In this document: in pieces, positions 8,452 to 17,320 of the stretch
Layout of the letters: each line of letters begins with the position of its first letter
Numbering within the stretch: position 1 is the stretch's first letter
Assembly (NCBI GenBank): GCA_964013405.1
Contig: CAXGWI010000055.1
Location: 1 to 20,652 of the forward strand
Direction: 5' to 3'
DNA: 20,652 bases
Origin: an uncultured Myxococcales bacterium
GTDB taxonomy: Bacteria; Myxococcota; UBA4151
Made by a program: the position numbers and the translations under genes
Notes under the pieces: model-generated
Seen by the model: only the letters and a program-made list of their open reading frames with translations
What the model was told of the DNA's origin: nothing
Database searches by the model: none

Positions 8452-9921
8452 ATGAGAAGAATTTCCTTTTTGCTTTGCGGTTTGTTGGCCTGTGCGACAC
8501 CCGGTCCGGTCGTTCCGGAGCCGCCATCCCTGGCTGAGTTCATCAGGCCCACCGTCGAGGCCGATGATTTGGCAGCGGTCGTTCAACTGACCCAGGCACT
8601 GATCCGAGTCCGCAGTGTGAACCCGCCAACTCTGGAAGGGGCCGAGGGGGGAGAGTCTGCTGCAGCGAAGGTACTGGTCGACTTTTTCAAGTCCCAGGGG
8701 ATTGAGGCCAGGGTGCAAGCGATTGAGGGTCTGGAAGGTCGGCCTGCGGTCATTGCTGGCATCAAGCCGAAGCATCCTCGCAAACGGCCCCTCCTGTTGT
8801 TTGGGCATACCGACGTCGTCCCGGCCATGGCCGATGAATGGCGCAGTAAAGACCTCCCGTTCAGTGGGCGGGAAGAGGCGGGAGAGATCTGGGGACGGGG
8901 TGCCTTAGATATGAAAGGGATGTTGGCCGTCCAGGCCATGGCCCTCGTGAAACTCAAGCGCTTAGCGATGGATTCGAAGACCTATCGCCTGGATCGAGCT
9001 GTCTATTTTGCCGCGGTCCCGGATGAGGAAGATCTGGGTCGAGGGGGGCGCTGGCTCGCAAAGAATTTGGAGACACTCTTCGGTGAGGTGCCGGAATACG
9101 CCATTAACGAAGGTGGATTTGGTCTGCGAGACCTCCTCCGGCCCGGCCAGAACGTTTGGGCTGTGAGTGCTGCGGAGCGGGGTCATCACTGGCTTCGGGT
9201 ACGAGTGAAACGCAAGTCGGGGCATGCCAGCCAGCCCTGGTCAGGCTTCGCACTTCAGGAACTCACGGAGGGCTTGGCCCGTCTCAGGGCAAAGCCCTTC
9301 GCTGTTCAATTGCGTCCAGAAGCCCGGGAAATGCTGCGCAGGACGGCACCCGGTGCCGGCTTTCCCAAGGCCTTTCTCATGAAGCGAGGTTGGCTTGTGG
9401 CCGGGACGATGACCAAGCGCCGATCCTCCAATGCGTCGATTCGTCACACCTGTATCGAGACATCGATACAAGGGGGTGGGCCGCGGCCCAACGTTGTACC
9501 TTCCGAGGCCACCGCGATCCTCGACTGTCGTACGCTTCCAGGAACCGACCCGAAGGCCTTTCTAGAAGCGGTGAAAACGAGGCTCGCCATCGACGAGGCC
9601 ATCATTGAGGTCATCGACATCACCCAGGGGACAGCCTCACCATGGACGAGCCAACTCTTCGGTGCCTTTGAGCGGCATCTCACCGGTGGTGTCGTGCTAC
9701 CCGTTGTGAGCCCGGGCAGTACCGATAGTTCCTTTTTGCGCACGGCCGGTGTGGATTTTGTCTACGGCATCATCCCCTTCATGATCAGCAGTGAGGAGTT
9801 GGCCACACTGCACGGCGCCGAGGAGCGAGTCCGTAAAGAGGAGTTGGGCGCGGGTCTGCTGCGTCTGACCCGTGTACTTTTGGATATTTGCGTGGCCAAA
9901 CGACCCACCATGGGATCCTGA
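8452..9921 (+). CDS. M20/M25/M40 family metallo-hydrolase, predicted lipoprotein
   Basis: GHTDVVP, WGRGALDMKG, DEE, NEGG, GHASQP, NVVP, GSTD and HGAEE metal-binding pattern. MRRISFLLCGLLAC lipobox from ATG 8452. Confidence 0.92.
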   Translation: MRRISFLLCGLLACATPGPVVPEPPSLAEFIRPTVEADDLAAVVQLTQALIRVRSVNPPTLEGAEGGESAAAKVLVDFFKSQGIEARVQAIEGLEGRPAVIAGIKPKHPRKRPLLLFGHTDVVPAMADEWRSKDLPFSGREEAGEIWGRGALDMKGMLAVQAMALVKLKRLAMDSKTYRLDRAVYFAAVPDEEDLGRGGRWLAKNLETLFGEVPEYAINEGGFGLRDLLRPGQNVWAVSAAERGHHWLRVRVKRKSGHASQPWSGFALQELTEGLARLRAKPFAVQLRPEAREMLRRTAPGAGFPKAFLMKRGWLVAGTMTKRRSSNASIRHTCIETSIQGGGPRPNVVPSEATAILDCRTLPGTDPKAFLEAVKTRLAIDEAIIEVIDITQGTASPWTSQLFGAFERHLTGGVVLPVVSPGSTDSSFLRTAGVDFVYGIIPFMISSEELATLHGAEERVRKEELGAGLLRLTRVLLDICVAKRPTMGS

Positions 9922-9922
9922 T

Positions 9923-10447
9923 ATGCGACTTCTCTTGCCTTTGTGTGGACTGCTGCTTCTCCCATCGACCGTTCAAGCCCAATACGCCGGCTCGACCATC
10001 GGCGTGGTCGTTACGGGGGCCAGTGCCAACGATGAACTGACTCTCGGGGGTCAGCTCAGCTTGGGCCTTGAAGGGGAGCACCGGATGGGCGTCGGTAACT
10101 GGAAAGGGACATACCGTGCGACGGTGGGCTACGCCGAATCCTTTCGTGCGACCGGGAGCAGCCTCTTTCCGGCCCGGGTCGATGCAGGCTTACGTTATGA
10201 CTTCCTTGAGGACCGTCGCCGGCCTTTCTTCGGCGCTGCCTTCTCCTATTGGCAATTGACCAATCCGCCGAGCGGATATGCCGAGCCGACTCGACTGGTC
10301 GCGCCCGCGTTGAGGTTGGGCTATGAGCACTATCTGGCGACGGAGATTAGCCTCAGTTTCGAGGTCGGCGGTGCCTGGTTCATCGTGATCGATGGAGATG
10401 ATCCAGTGGTGCTCGATTATGGGATTGGCCTGAGGACCCATTACTGA
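9923..10447 (+). CDS. Small outer-membrane beta-barrel protein
   Basis: Signal peptide (…TVQA/Q), alternating Gly/aromatic strands (DAGLRYDF, RPFFGAAFSY, LRLGYEHY), C-terminal aromatic residue (GLRTHY). ATG is 1 nt after the M20 stop. Confidence 0.75.
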   Translation: MRLLLPLCGLLLLPSTVQAQYAGSTIGVVVTGASANDELTLGGQLSLGLEGEHRMGVGNWKGTYRATVGYAESFRATGSSLFPARVDAGLRYDFLEDRRRPFFGAAFSYWQLTNPPSGYAEPTRLVAPALRLGYEHYLATEISLSFEVGGAWFIVIDGDDPVVLDYGIGLRTHY

Positions 10448-10534
10448 TCAGGAATCCGGTCTGGGGAGCCGGATCGATCAATGAGGCGGTGTTCACCTGC
10501 TGCAAGCTGTGTTAGTCGAAAGGGGGAGTCTCTG

Positions 10535-10993
10535 ATGGATCCGCTGGTGATCGAAGAGCAGATGGCGCGATTTCGTACGGTTTTAAGGAACCGTGGACTG
10601 CGTCTGACTCGCCAACGGGAAAAGATCCTGATGGCCCTACTGAACTCCGAGGACCATGTGAGCGCTGAAGATCTCTACGTTCGGCTTGGTGGCCGAGTGG
10701 AGGGGATCGGCACGGCGACTGTGTATCGGACGCTTCGCCTTTTGGTGGACTCCGGTTTGGCTGAAGCCCGTCAATTTGGCGATGGGGTTCAGCGTTTTGA
10801 ATCGGCGGCTTCCGAGCATCACGACCACATCATCTGTCGTGATTGCGGTCGAGTTTGGGAGTTCGAGAACGAAGAGATCGAGCAATTACAGCACCAAGTG
10901 GCGTCGAGTCGGGGCTTCGAGATCGTTGATCATCGGCTTGAACTTTATGTGCGCTGTAATCGCAGTGACTGTTCGTCCTCACGCGCGAGTTGA
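10535..10993 (+). CDS. fur: Fur family transcriptional regulator
   Basis: GLRLTRQREKIL, HVSAEDLY, IGTATVYRTLRLL, HHDHIICRDCG, EFENEEIEQLQ, HRLELY. GGGGGAG SD before ATG 10535. Metal specificity not provable from sequence. Confidence 0.9.
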   Translation: MDPLVIEEQMARFRTVLRNRGLRLTRQREKILMALLNSEDHVSAEDLYVRLGGRVEGIGTATVYRTLRLLVDSGLAEARQFGDGVQRFESAASEHHDHIICRDCGRVWEFENEEIEQLQHQVASSRGFEIVDHRLELYVRCNRSDCSSSRAS

Positions 10994-11036
10994 AGTCGTC
11001 GTCGGGTCCGTCTAAGCTACGTGTTGTCCAGGGAGC

Positions 11037-13064
11037 ATGAAAATGAATCGGCTAATCGTTGTTATTGCGGCCTGCTTTTTGGCGTTGCCCGCACAAGCTA
11101 ACTTTCGCGTCAACGATCAGGATAACTATATTTGGGACTGTTATCAGCCCTACTGGTACCTGAGCAACGGCACGAACGATGCTTGGGATGGCATGTTCTA
11201 TCTCAACATCAACAACGTTCGGTTTTCTAATGCTCAGATGCAGACGGAATTGAACGGCCGGGGCGTGCGCAGCGGCGAGGTGGTGATGGGCAACCTTCGT
11301 GTGCAGCGAGCCTTCTGGGTGCCTCAAGGCAACCCGAACGCAAACATGCGTAACTATGGTCGCTACCTCACCATCATACGTAACCCAGGGCAGCAAGATC
11401 AGAACGTCAATGTCCTTATCAATGGGAACTTGGGGAGCGACAGTGGCACCGTCTCTACGGGCAGTTCAGACGGGGACACCAATTTCGAAAATACCGACAC
11501 GTGGGTGGCCACGGATGATGCATCGAATGGCGGAGGTGACCCGAGTCTGGCCTACGTGTTTCAGGACGACAACGCCCGCCACCGTATCGCTTCAATCATT
11601 CGTAGCCGGGACAACATGTCCTTCACCTGGAATAACGTCACCGTCCCGGCCGGCGGGCAAGTCACCCTCCTGTTTTTCGTGATCCAAGATCGCAATCGTG
11701 ATGCTTCTTTTGAAGAAGCCCGGACGCTGGTTCAACTACCAGACGCAGTCCTCGAGGGCTTGGCTGATTCGGAAAGAGCCACGTTGATTAACTTTGCATC
11801 CAACGCACCGCCCACCTGGGACGACCTGGACCCTGTTGATGTCTTTGTCGGCCAGCAGGTTCGCCTGCGCATCGGTGTGAGTGAACCCGATGATGACGAG
11901 TTGGAGGTGACGGTTGAGGGGCTTCCCCGGGGCGCAACCTATCAGCCGTTAGCCGGCAAGTTGCGATGGACACCGAGTCTAGATCAGGTCGGCGAACACG
12001 AGATTCGCTTCCATGCTGTTGAGGTCCGAGAAGACGGCGAAGATCCCCTCGAGGATGAGACGGTCGTCCAGATCACGGTTCATGAGATGAACAGACCCCC
12101 AAGTTTTACGACGGAACCCGAGCTCGACATCGCCCAAGGCGAGCGGTGGGTCTACCGGCCCGTTGGCACTGACCTTGAGAGTCCCGATGATCTGACTCTG
12201 GAATTGGTCGAGGGCCCCGAATCGATGACGCTTGAAGAGGGCGAACTCAGTTGGCGTGCGGACGAGGCCCCTGGGATGGACATACCGGTACGCCTCTCGT
12301 TGCAGGATGCCGACGGTGCCCGGGCCTTTCAGACCTTCGATTTACGGGTCACGGTGAATCGCCATGCGCCGGTCGCGCTGGTGGTCCAAGGTGATGTGGA
12401 GCGCGGTCCGGGTGATGTCGAGTTGGATGGTACGCCGAGTTATGACCCCAACGGCGGTGAACTCTTTTACCATTGGCGCTATGTGGATGGTCCGCCAGAA
12501 GCAGGCCGGGTTGAAGTGACCAGCCCCACCCAGTCAGTCGCTCGAACTCGTCCTCTGAAACAAGGGCATTACATCTTCGAGTTGATCGTCAACAACGGCG
12601 TCCTGAGTTCCCGGCCAGCCGAGTTTCACGTCAATGTTGTCAACGTTGCGCCCGTTGCGATGGCCGGCGATGACCAAGCCCTCAATCTCGTCGCTGGTGA
12701 TGAGGCCGATGTCGTTCTCGATGGCAGCATGTCCTTCGACCCGAACCCGGAAGATGTGATCACCTATGAGTGGACACAGGTGGTCGGTCCGGTGGTCCAC
12801 GACCTCATCGGCGGCGACAGTGACCGGCCGACGTTCATCGCCAAGATGCCTGCAACCTATCGCTTCGTGTTGGTCGTCACCGACCAATTGGGGAACAAGT
12901 CGACACCCTCTGTGGTGAGCATCGACCTTGTGGATCCAACACCGGTTGCGCCACCGGCACCGCCGGTCCCGGCCGATGGCTGCCAGAGCACCCCTGCTTC
13001 CCTGTGGTCGATCTTCGGGATCTTCTTGGTGCTAGGCCCGCTGCGGCGTCGCCTCATCAACTGA
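11037..13064 (+). CDS. Secreted surface protein: unassigned N-terminal domain, Ig/cadherin-like and PKD/REJ-like repeats, MYXO-CTERM-like sorting signal
   Basis: Signal peptide (…AQA), GLPRGATY..LRWTP and NRPPSF Ig-like modules, LDGTPSYDP and LDGSMSFDP..ITYEWTQVVGP PKD-like modules, Pro linker, then GC + hydrophobic stretch + RRR at the C-terminus. Confidence 0.85.
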   Translation: MKMNRLIVVIAACFLALPAQANFRVNDQDNYIWDCYQPYWYLSNGTNDAWDGMFYLNINNVRFSNAQMQTELNGRGVRSGEVVMGNLRVQRAFWVPQGNPNANMRNYGRYLTIIRNPGQQDQNVNVLINGNLGSDSGTVSTGSSDGDTNFENTDTWVATDDASNGGGDPSLAYVFQDDNARHRIASIIRSRDNMSFTWNNVTVPAGGQVTLLFFVIQDRNRDASFEEARTLVQLPDAVLEGLADSERATLINFASNAPPTWDDLDPVDVFVGQQVRLRIGVSEPDDDELEVTVEGLPRGATYQPLAGKLRWTPSLDQVGEHEIRFHAVEVREDGEDPLEDETVVQITVHEMNRPPSFTTEPELDIAQGERWVYRPVGTDLESPDDLTLELVEGPESMTLEEGELSWRADEAPGMDIPVRLSLQDADGARAFQTFDLRVTVNRHAPVALVVQGDVERGPGDVELDGTPSYDPNGGELFYHWRYVDGPPEAGRVEVTSPTQSVARTRPLKQGHYIFELIVNNGVLSSRPAEFHVNVVNVAPVAMAGDDQALNLVAGDEADVVLDGSMSFDPNPEDVITYEWTQVVGPVVHDLIGGDSDRPTFIAKMPATYRFVLVVTDQLGNKSTPSVVSIDLVDPTPVAPPAPPVPADGCQSTPASLWSIFGIFLVLGPLRRRLIN

Positions 13065-13124
13065 GGGCTTCACCCGCTAGGTTGACTGAGCTATGGGATC
13101 TCTCGGAATCGGTGGGGTGTGCTG

Positions 13125-13880
13125 ATGGCCGGTCACAGTAAATGGGCCAATATCAAACACAAAAAGGGGCGGGCAGACGCCAAGCGGGCCAAATTTTGGA
13201 CGAAGACCCTTCGAGAGGTCCAAGTCGCAGCTCGGCTCGGCGGTGGCGATCCCGACTCAAATCCTCGCCTAAGGCAGGCGATTGTCCTCGCGAAGAGCCA
13301 GAATGTCCCGAAGGACACGCTGCAGCGCGCCATCGACCGAGGCGCTGGTAACCTCGAAGGCCAAGACTACGTTGAACTGGTTTACGAGGGCTATGCACCC
13401 CATGGGGTTGCCCTTTTGGTGGAAGTGCTCACCGACAATCGCAACCGCACCGCGGCCAATGTCCGATCCTTGTTCAACAAGGGGGGAGGAAGTCTCGGCA
13501 CGGATGGCAGCGTCGCCTATCTCTTCAGCAAGACCGGTAAGGCCTGGGTCGAGGGTGAAGAGGGACAGGATCTCGATGAAGTCCTCCTCGCCGCCATCGA
13601 GGCCGGCGCTGAGGAGGCGGAGGAAGACGGCGCCGGTGGGCTCGAGATTTCTTGTGCCTTTCATGATTACATGCCCCTCATCGACGCCCTTGAGGCTGCC
13701 GGGGTCTCGCCGGACCGTTCCGAGGTCGTTCAGGTGCCGTCGACCACCGTGACTTTAGATGTCGAGCGCGCAAAGACCGTTCTCGGTTTGATCGATCGAC
13801 TTGAAGACGATGATGATGTTCAGCGTGTCAGCCACAACCTCGAACTGACCGAGGAGTTGATGGCTGCGCTTGATGACTGA
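13125..13880 (+). CDS. yebC: YebC/PmpR family protein
   Basis: MAGHSKWANIKHKK, YEGYAPHG, LTDNRNRT, LEDDDDVQRV; canonical position before ruvCAB. Confidence 0.97.
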   Translation: MAGHSKWANIKHKKGRADAKRAKFWTKTLREVQVAARLGGGDPDSNPRLRQAIVLAKSQNVPKDTLQRAIDRGAGNLEGQDYVELVYEGYAPHGVALLVEVLTDNRNRTAANVRSLFNKGGGSLGTDGSVAYLFSKTGKAWVEGEEGQDLDEVLLAAIEAGAEEAEEDGAGGLEISCAFHDYMPLIDALEAAGVSPDRSEVVQVPSTTVTLDVERAKTVLGLIDRLEDDDDVQRVSHNLELTEELMAALDD

Positions 13881-14433
13881 GCCTACTGAAGGCCGCCGAA
13901 TTCTGGGCTTGGATCCGGGGACCCGTTTGTGTGGTTGGGGGCTTGTTGACCAGCAGGGCCGCCACGTGAGCCACGTGGATAACGGTGTTTGGGTGCTGTC
14001 GGCGAGAGACCCCCTCGCCAAACGGTTGGGTCAGTTAGTGGAGCACCTTGAGGCCTTGATCGAGACCTTTCGCCCCCATCGGGTGGTGGTCGAACGGGCG
14101 ATCTATGTCCACAACGTCCGGACGGCCCTGGCGCTGGGTCAGGCTCGAGGTGCTCTCGTGGGGACCGCTGCCCGGCAAGGGCTCTGCGTGGATGAAGTCG
14201 GACCGATGCAGGTGAAGCAGGCTGTGACCGGTCGCGGCCGCAGCAGCAAGGCGGAGGTCGCGGAAATGGTTCGTCGTCTCCTGGGGTTACCGGAGGTCGC
14301 CCAAGAAGATGCGTCCGATGCGCTCGCCCTTGCGATCGCCTTGGCCCTTGGGCCGCCTGAAGGCCCCCAGAAAAAGCCGAAGAAAGGGCGCAAAGCCTGG
14401 GAAGACCTTGCGAAAAAGCGCGGATTGATTTGA
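13873..14433 (+). CDS. ruvC: Holliday junction resolvase RuvC
   Basis: ILGLDPG, VVE, LGQARG, VKQAVTGRG..SKAEV, DASDALALA; catalytic acidic residues present. Confidence 0.96.
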   Translation: MTEPTEGRRILGLDPGTRLCGWGLVDQQGRHVSHVDNGVWVLSARDPLAKRLGQLVEHLEALIETFRPHRVVVERAIYVHNVRTALALGQARGALVGTAARQGLCVDEVGPMQVKQAVTGRGRSSKAEVAEMVRRLLGLPEVAQEDASDALALAIALALGPPEGPQKKPKKGRKAWEDLAKKRGLI

Positions 14434-14455
14434 TGGCATTGGTGGGAGCAACAAC

Positions 14456-15073
14456 GTGATCCGATTCTTGGAAGGCCAACTCCGATTCAAGGATCAGGAC
14501 CAATTGATCATCAGCTGTGCTGGCGTCGGCTACCGCTGTGCGGTGCCGACGTCCCTGCCACCCCGTCTTGGGGAGCCCGGTGAAGCCGTTGAAGTCTGGG
14601 TACACACCCAGGTTAGAGATGACGCCATCCGGCTCCTCGGCTTTGGTAGCAGGCAGGATCTTGAGATCTTTGAGACCCTGTTGACCGTGAACGGGCTTGG
14701 ACCGCGCATCGCCCTCAACATGTTGTCCGCCTTTTCCGCCGCCCAGATTACCCAGGCGCTGCGACGGGAGGACATTAAGTACCTCAGCCAGGCCTCTGGC
14801 GTGGGCAAGCGCTTAGCCCAACGCATGGTGATGGAGTTGGGCGAAAAAATGCCCGTGATCGATGGTGAGCCGGCCGGGGATGGGGGGACGGCGGGAAGTG
14901 GTGATGCCCATCCCCACCGCCGTGACATTGAGAGCGGCCTACTGAACCTGGGATTTAAGGCCCGAGAGGTCGTGCCTGTGGTCGCTGATGTGGTGGAAGC
15001 GGATCCGGATGGAGCGTTCAAAGACTTGTTCACCCGTGCCCTTGGCCAGCTGCGATCGGGGGCTCGCCGATGA
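14456..15073 (+). CDS. ruvA: Holliday junction branch migration protein RuvA
   Basis: [22 protein letters not shown], HhH motifs [10 protein letters not shown] and [10 protein letters not shown]-terminal LLNLGF. Confidence 0.96.
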   Translation: MIRFLEGQLRFKDQDQLIISCAGVGYRCAVPTSLPPRLGEPGEAVEVWVHTQVRDDAIRLLGFGSRQDLEIFETLLTVNGLGPRIALNMLSAFSAAQITQALRREDIKYLSQASGVGKRLAQRMVMELGEKMPVIDGEPAGDGGTAGSGDAHPHRRDIESGLLNLGFKAREVVPVVADVVEADPDGAFKDLFTRALGQLRSGARR

Positions 15074-16095
15074 GTGGCGACCGGGCTGTTGAGGGCACCA
15101 TCCTTCGGGGTGAAGCCTCCTATGAGCGGTCGCTTCGCCCAGCCAATTTTTCTGAATACGTGGGTCAGGCGGGCATCGTTGATAACCTCAAGGTCTTTGT
15201 GACCGCAGCGGTGCAGCGTGGGGATGCCTTGGATCATGTCCTCCTCTACGGCCCACCGGGTCTTGGTAAGACCAGCCTTGCCCATGTGATCGCTGCCGAG
15301 CTGGGGACGGAGATCGTCGTGACCTCGGGGCCCTCGCTGGAAAAAAAGGGCGACCTTGCGGGCATCCTGACCTCGCTGCCCCCCCGGGCCGTGCTGTTCA
15401 TCGATGAAATCCATCGACTCAGTCCCGCGGTGGAGGAAAATCTCTACTCGGCCATGGAAGACTACCGCTTCGATGTGGTGATCGGTGAGGGGCCTGGCGC
15501 CCGGACGGTACCGATCACCCTGGAACCCTTCACCTTGATCGGCGCCACCACACGAAGTGGCTTGCTGACGGGACCACTCCGGGACCGTTTCGGCTATCCG
15601 GCCCGTCTGGAATACTACGGCATCGATGATCTCATCCATATCATCGAGCGGTCTGCTGGCATCATCGGCGTCCCGATCGATGGCGAGGCCACCGCTGAGT
15701 TAGCCAGCCGAGCTCGGGGCACGCCGCGTATCGCGAACCGCTTGGTGCGGCGAGTGCGTGACTTTGCTGAGGTCGAAGGTGAGGGGAGGCTCGATCTGGG
15801 GATGACCCAACACGCGCTCGCTCGGCTAGGCATCGATGAGATCGGCCTCGATGCGTTGGACAATGAGTATCTCAGGCGTTTGATTGAGACCTTCGAGGGC
15901 GGGCCCGTTGGGATCGATACCCTTGCAGCGGCGATCGGTGAGGAGTCCGGGACCCTCGAGGACGTTTGCGAGCCCTATCTGATCCAGATCGGATTTCTCA
16001 AAAGAAGCCCTCGGGGTCGTCTCGCCACGGCCATGGCTAAACGGCATTGGGGCGCCTTCGGCGCCGAGGGGCAAACCTCACTGCCTAATATTTAG
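15070..16095 (+). CDS. ruvB: Holliday junction branch migration helicase RuvB
   Basis: [54 protein letters not shown] overlap with ruvA. Confidence 0.98.
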   Translation: MSGDRAVEGTILRGEASYERSLRPANFSEYVGQAGIVDNLKVFVTAAVQRGDALDHVLLYGPPGLGKTSLAHVIAAELGTEIVVTSGPSLEKKGDLAGILTSLPPRAVLFIDEIHRLSPAVEENLYSAMEDYRFDVVIGEGPGARTVPITLEPFTLIGATTRSGLLTGPLRDRFGYPARLEYYGIDDLIHIIERSAGIIGVPIDGEATAELASRARGTPRIANRLVRRVRDFAEVEGEGRLDLGMTQHALARLGIDEIGLDALDNEYLRRLIETFEGGPVGIDTLAAAIGEESGTLEDVCEPYLIQIGFLKRSPRGRLATAMAKRHWGAFGAEGQTSLPNI

Positions 16096-16098
16096 GCA
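16082..16098. promoter_or_regulatory. Perfect palindrome, candidate enhancer (bEBP) site for the lpxC sigma54 promoter
   Basis: TGCCTAA-TAT-TTAGGCA, 17 bp, centred about 130 bp upstream of the inferred start; overlaps the ruvB stop. Confidence 0.5.
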
Positions 16099-16194
16099 CG
16101 CGCCCGGACAGTACGCGTTCTGAAAAGTTGCTACGAGCTTTGACCGAGCACAATATCCTTGTGGAATCAGTGGTTACCGGGGCAGGTGGCGGCC

Positions 16195-16211
16195 TAGGCA
16201 CGCTATTTGCT
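16195..16211 (+). promoter_or_regulatory. Sigma54 (-24/-12) promoter upstream of lpxC
   Basis: TAGGCACGCTATTTGCT versus consensus TGGCACG-N4-TTGCW; exact GG-N10-GC spacing, 35 nt before the ATG. Confidence 0.78.
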
Positions 16212-16246
16212 GCTTAAGGGACCACTTGGTCACACAAGGACGGACG

Positions 16247-17179
16247 ATGTTAGCTCAACGCACCCTGAAGAGGGCAGTCAGCATGACGGGCAATGGCTTG
16301 CACAGCGGCCAACCGGTCCGTGTACGTCTGGTTCCGGCGCCGGCAGGCAACGGTATCGTCTTCCAGCGCACCGATCTTGAGGGCGAGCCCTCGATCGAAG
16401 CGGCCTACGACCGAGTCGTGGACACCCAACTATGCACAACATTGGGCGCCGATGGTGTTCGTATCGGGACCGTCGAGCACTTGATGAGTGCACTCTATGG
16501 TATTGGGGTCGACAATGTTCAGGTGCTCGTCGATGGACCCGAGATTCCCATTCTCGATGGTTCAAGCCAGCCCTGGATCCAAGCCATTCTAAAGGCTGGG
16601 ACCCGTCGCCAGCATCGCTGCCGCCGACTGATGGTCGTACGCCGTGCGGTGACCGTCCGTGATGGTGACGCTTGGGCCCGTTTCGAGCCTTCCAGCCGTT
16701 TCCGGATCTCGGCGCGAGTCGACTTTGACCACCCCCTGATCAGTCGACACCTGTTTACCTTCGACTTTAGCGAGTTGGATTTTGTCCAAAAGATCGCTGG
16801 GGCGCGAACCTTTGCGTTCAAGCGTGAGGTCGAAGCGTTACGGTCGATGGGGCTGGCCAAGGGGGGGAGCCTGGACAACGCCATCGTCATCGACGATTTC
16901 TCGATTCTAAACCCTGAGGGACTCCGCTTCGCAGACGAGTTTGTTCGCCACAAGGTGCTTGATGCCATTGGTGATATTGCGTTGTCTGGTGAGAAGCTTG
17001 TCGGTCATCTCGTCCTCCATCGGAGTGGGCACGCACTGAACAATCAGTTGCTCCACGAACTCTTTTCCGATGCGCGGAATTACCGACTTGTCGAAACGGA
17101 ACGGCGTGATGCCTTGCCGGCCCATGGTGTAGAGGTCCCCGAGTCACAGACTGTCGTTCCCACTGCAGTTGGTGCTTGA
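16247..17179 (+). CDS. lpxC: UDP-3-O-acyl-N-acetylglucosamine deacetylase
   Basis: QRTL, GLHSG, TVEHLMSAL, EIPILDGS, ARTF, GGSLDNA, RHKVLDAIGD, GHALN. AAGGA SD before ATG 16247. Confidence 0.97.
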   Translation: MLAQRTLKRAVSMTGNGLHSGQPVRVRLVPAPAGNGIVFQRTDLEGEPSIEAAYDRVVDTQLCTTLGADGVRIGTVEHLMSALYGIGVDNVQVLVDGPEIPILDGSSQPWIQAILKAGTRRQHRCRRLMVVRRAVTVRDGDAWARFEPSSRFRISARVDFDHPLISRHLFTFDFSELDFVQKIAGARTFAFKREVEALRSMGLAKGGSLDNAIVIDDFSILNPEGLRFADEFVRHKVLDAIGDIALSGEKLVGHLVLHRSGHALNNQLLHELFSDARNYRLVETERRDALPAHGVEVPESQTVVPTAVGA

Positions 17180-17320
17180 CCAAGCCTTGATTCAAGTGGC
17201 AATCGCCACCTGACCCGATCATCGAAGTCATCGTCCTCCGTGCTCTCGTTGGGCCGGAGGTCAACCACGACCAAATGGACTTGCGGAACCCTGCCCGGGG
17301 CGAAGCATCAAGAGGACACT

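Noticed and set aside
8393..8460. Integrated element at the tRNA-Leu 3' end
   Set aside because: No integrase, no duplicated tRNA 3' end seen, and no evident compositional shift.
10448..10534. Fur box or terminator upstream of fur
   Set aside because: Only a weak ATCCGG…CCGGAT inverted repeat without a U-tract, and no GATAATGATAATCATTATC-like sequence.
16093..16108. Second TAGGCACGC resembling a -24 box
   Set aside because: No GC at the -12 position; better explained as the right arm of the palindrome.
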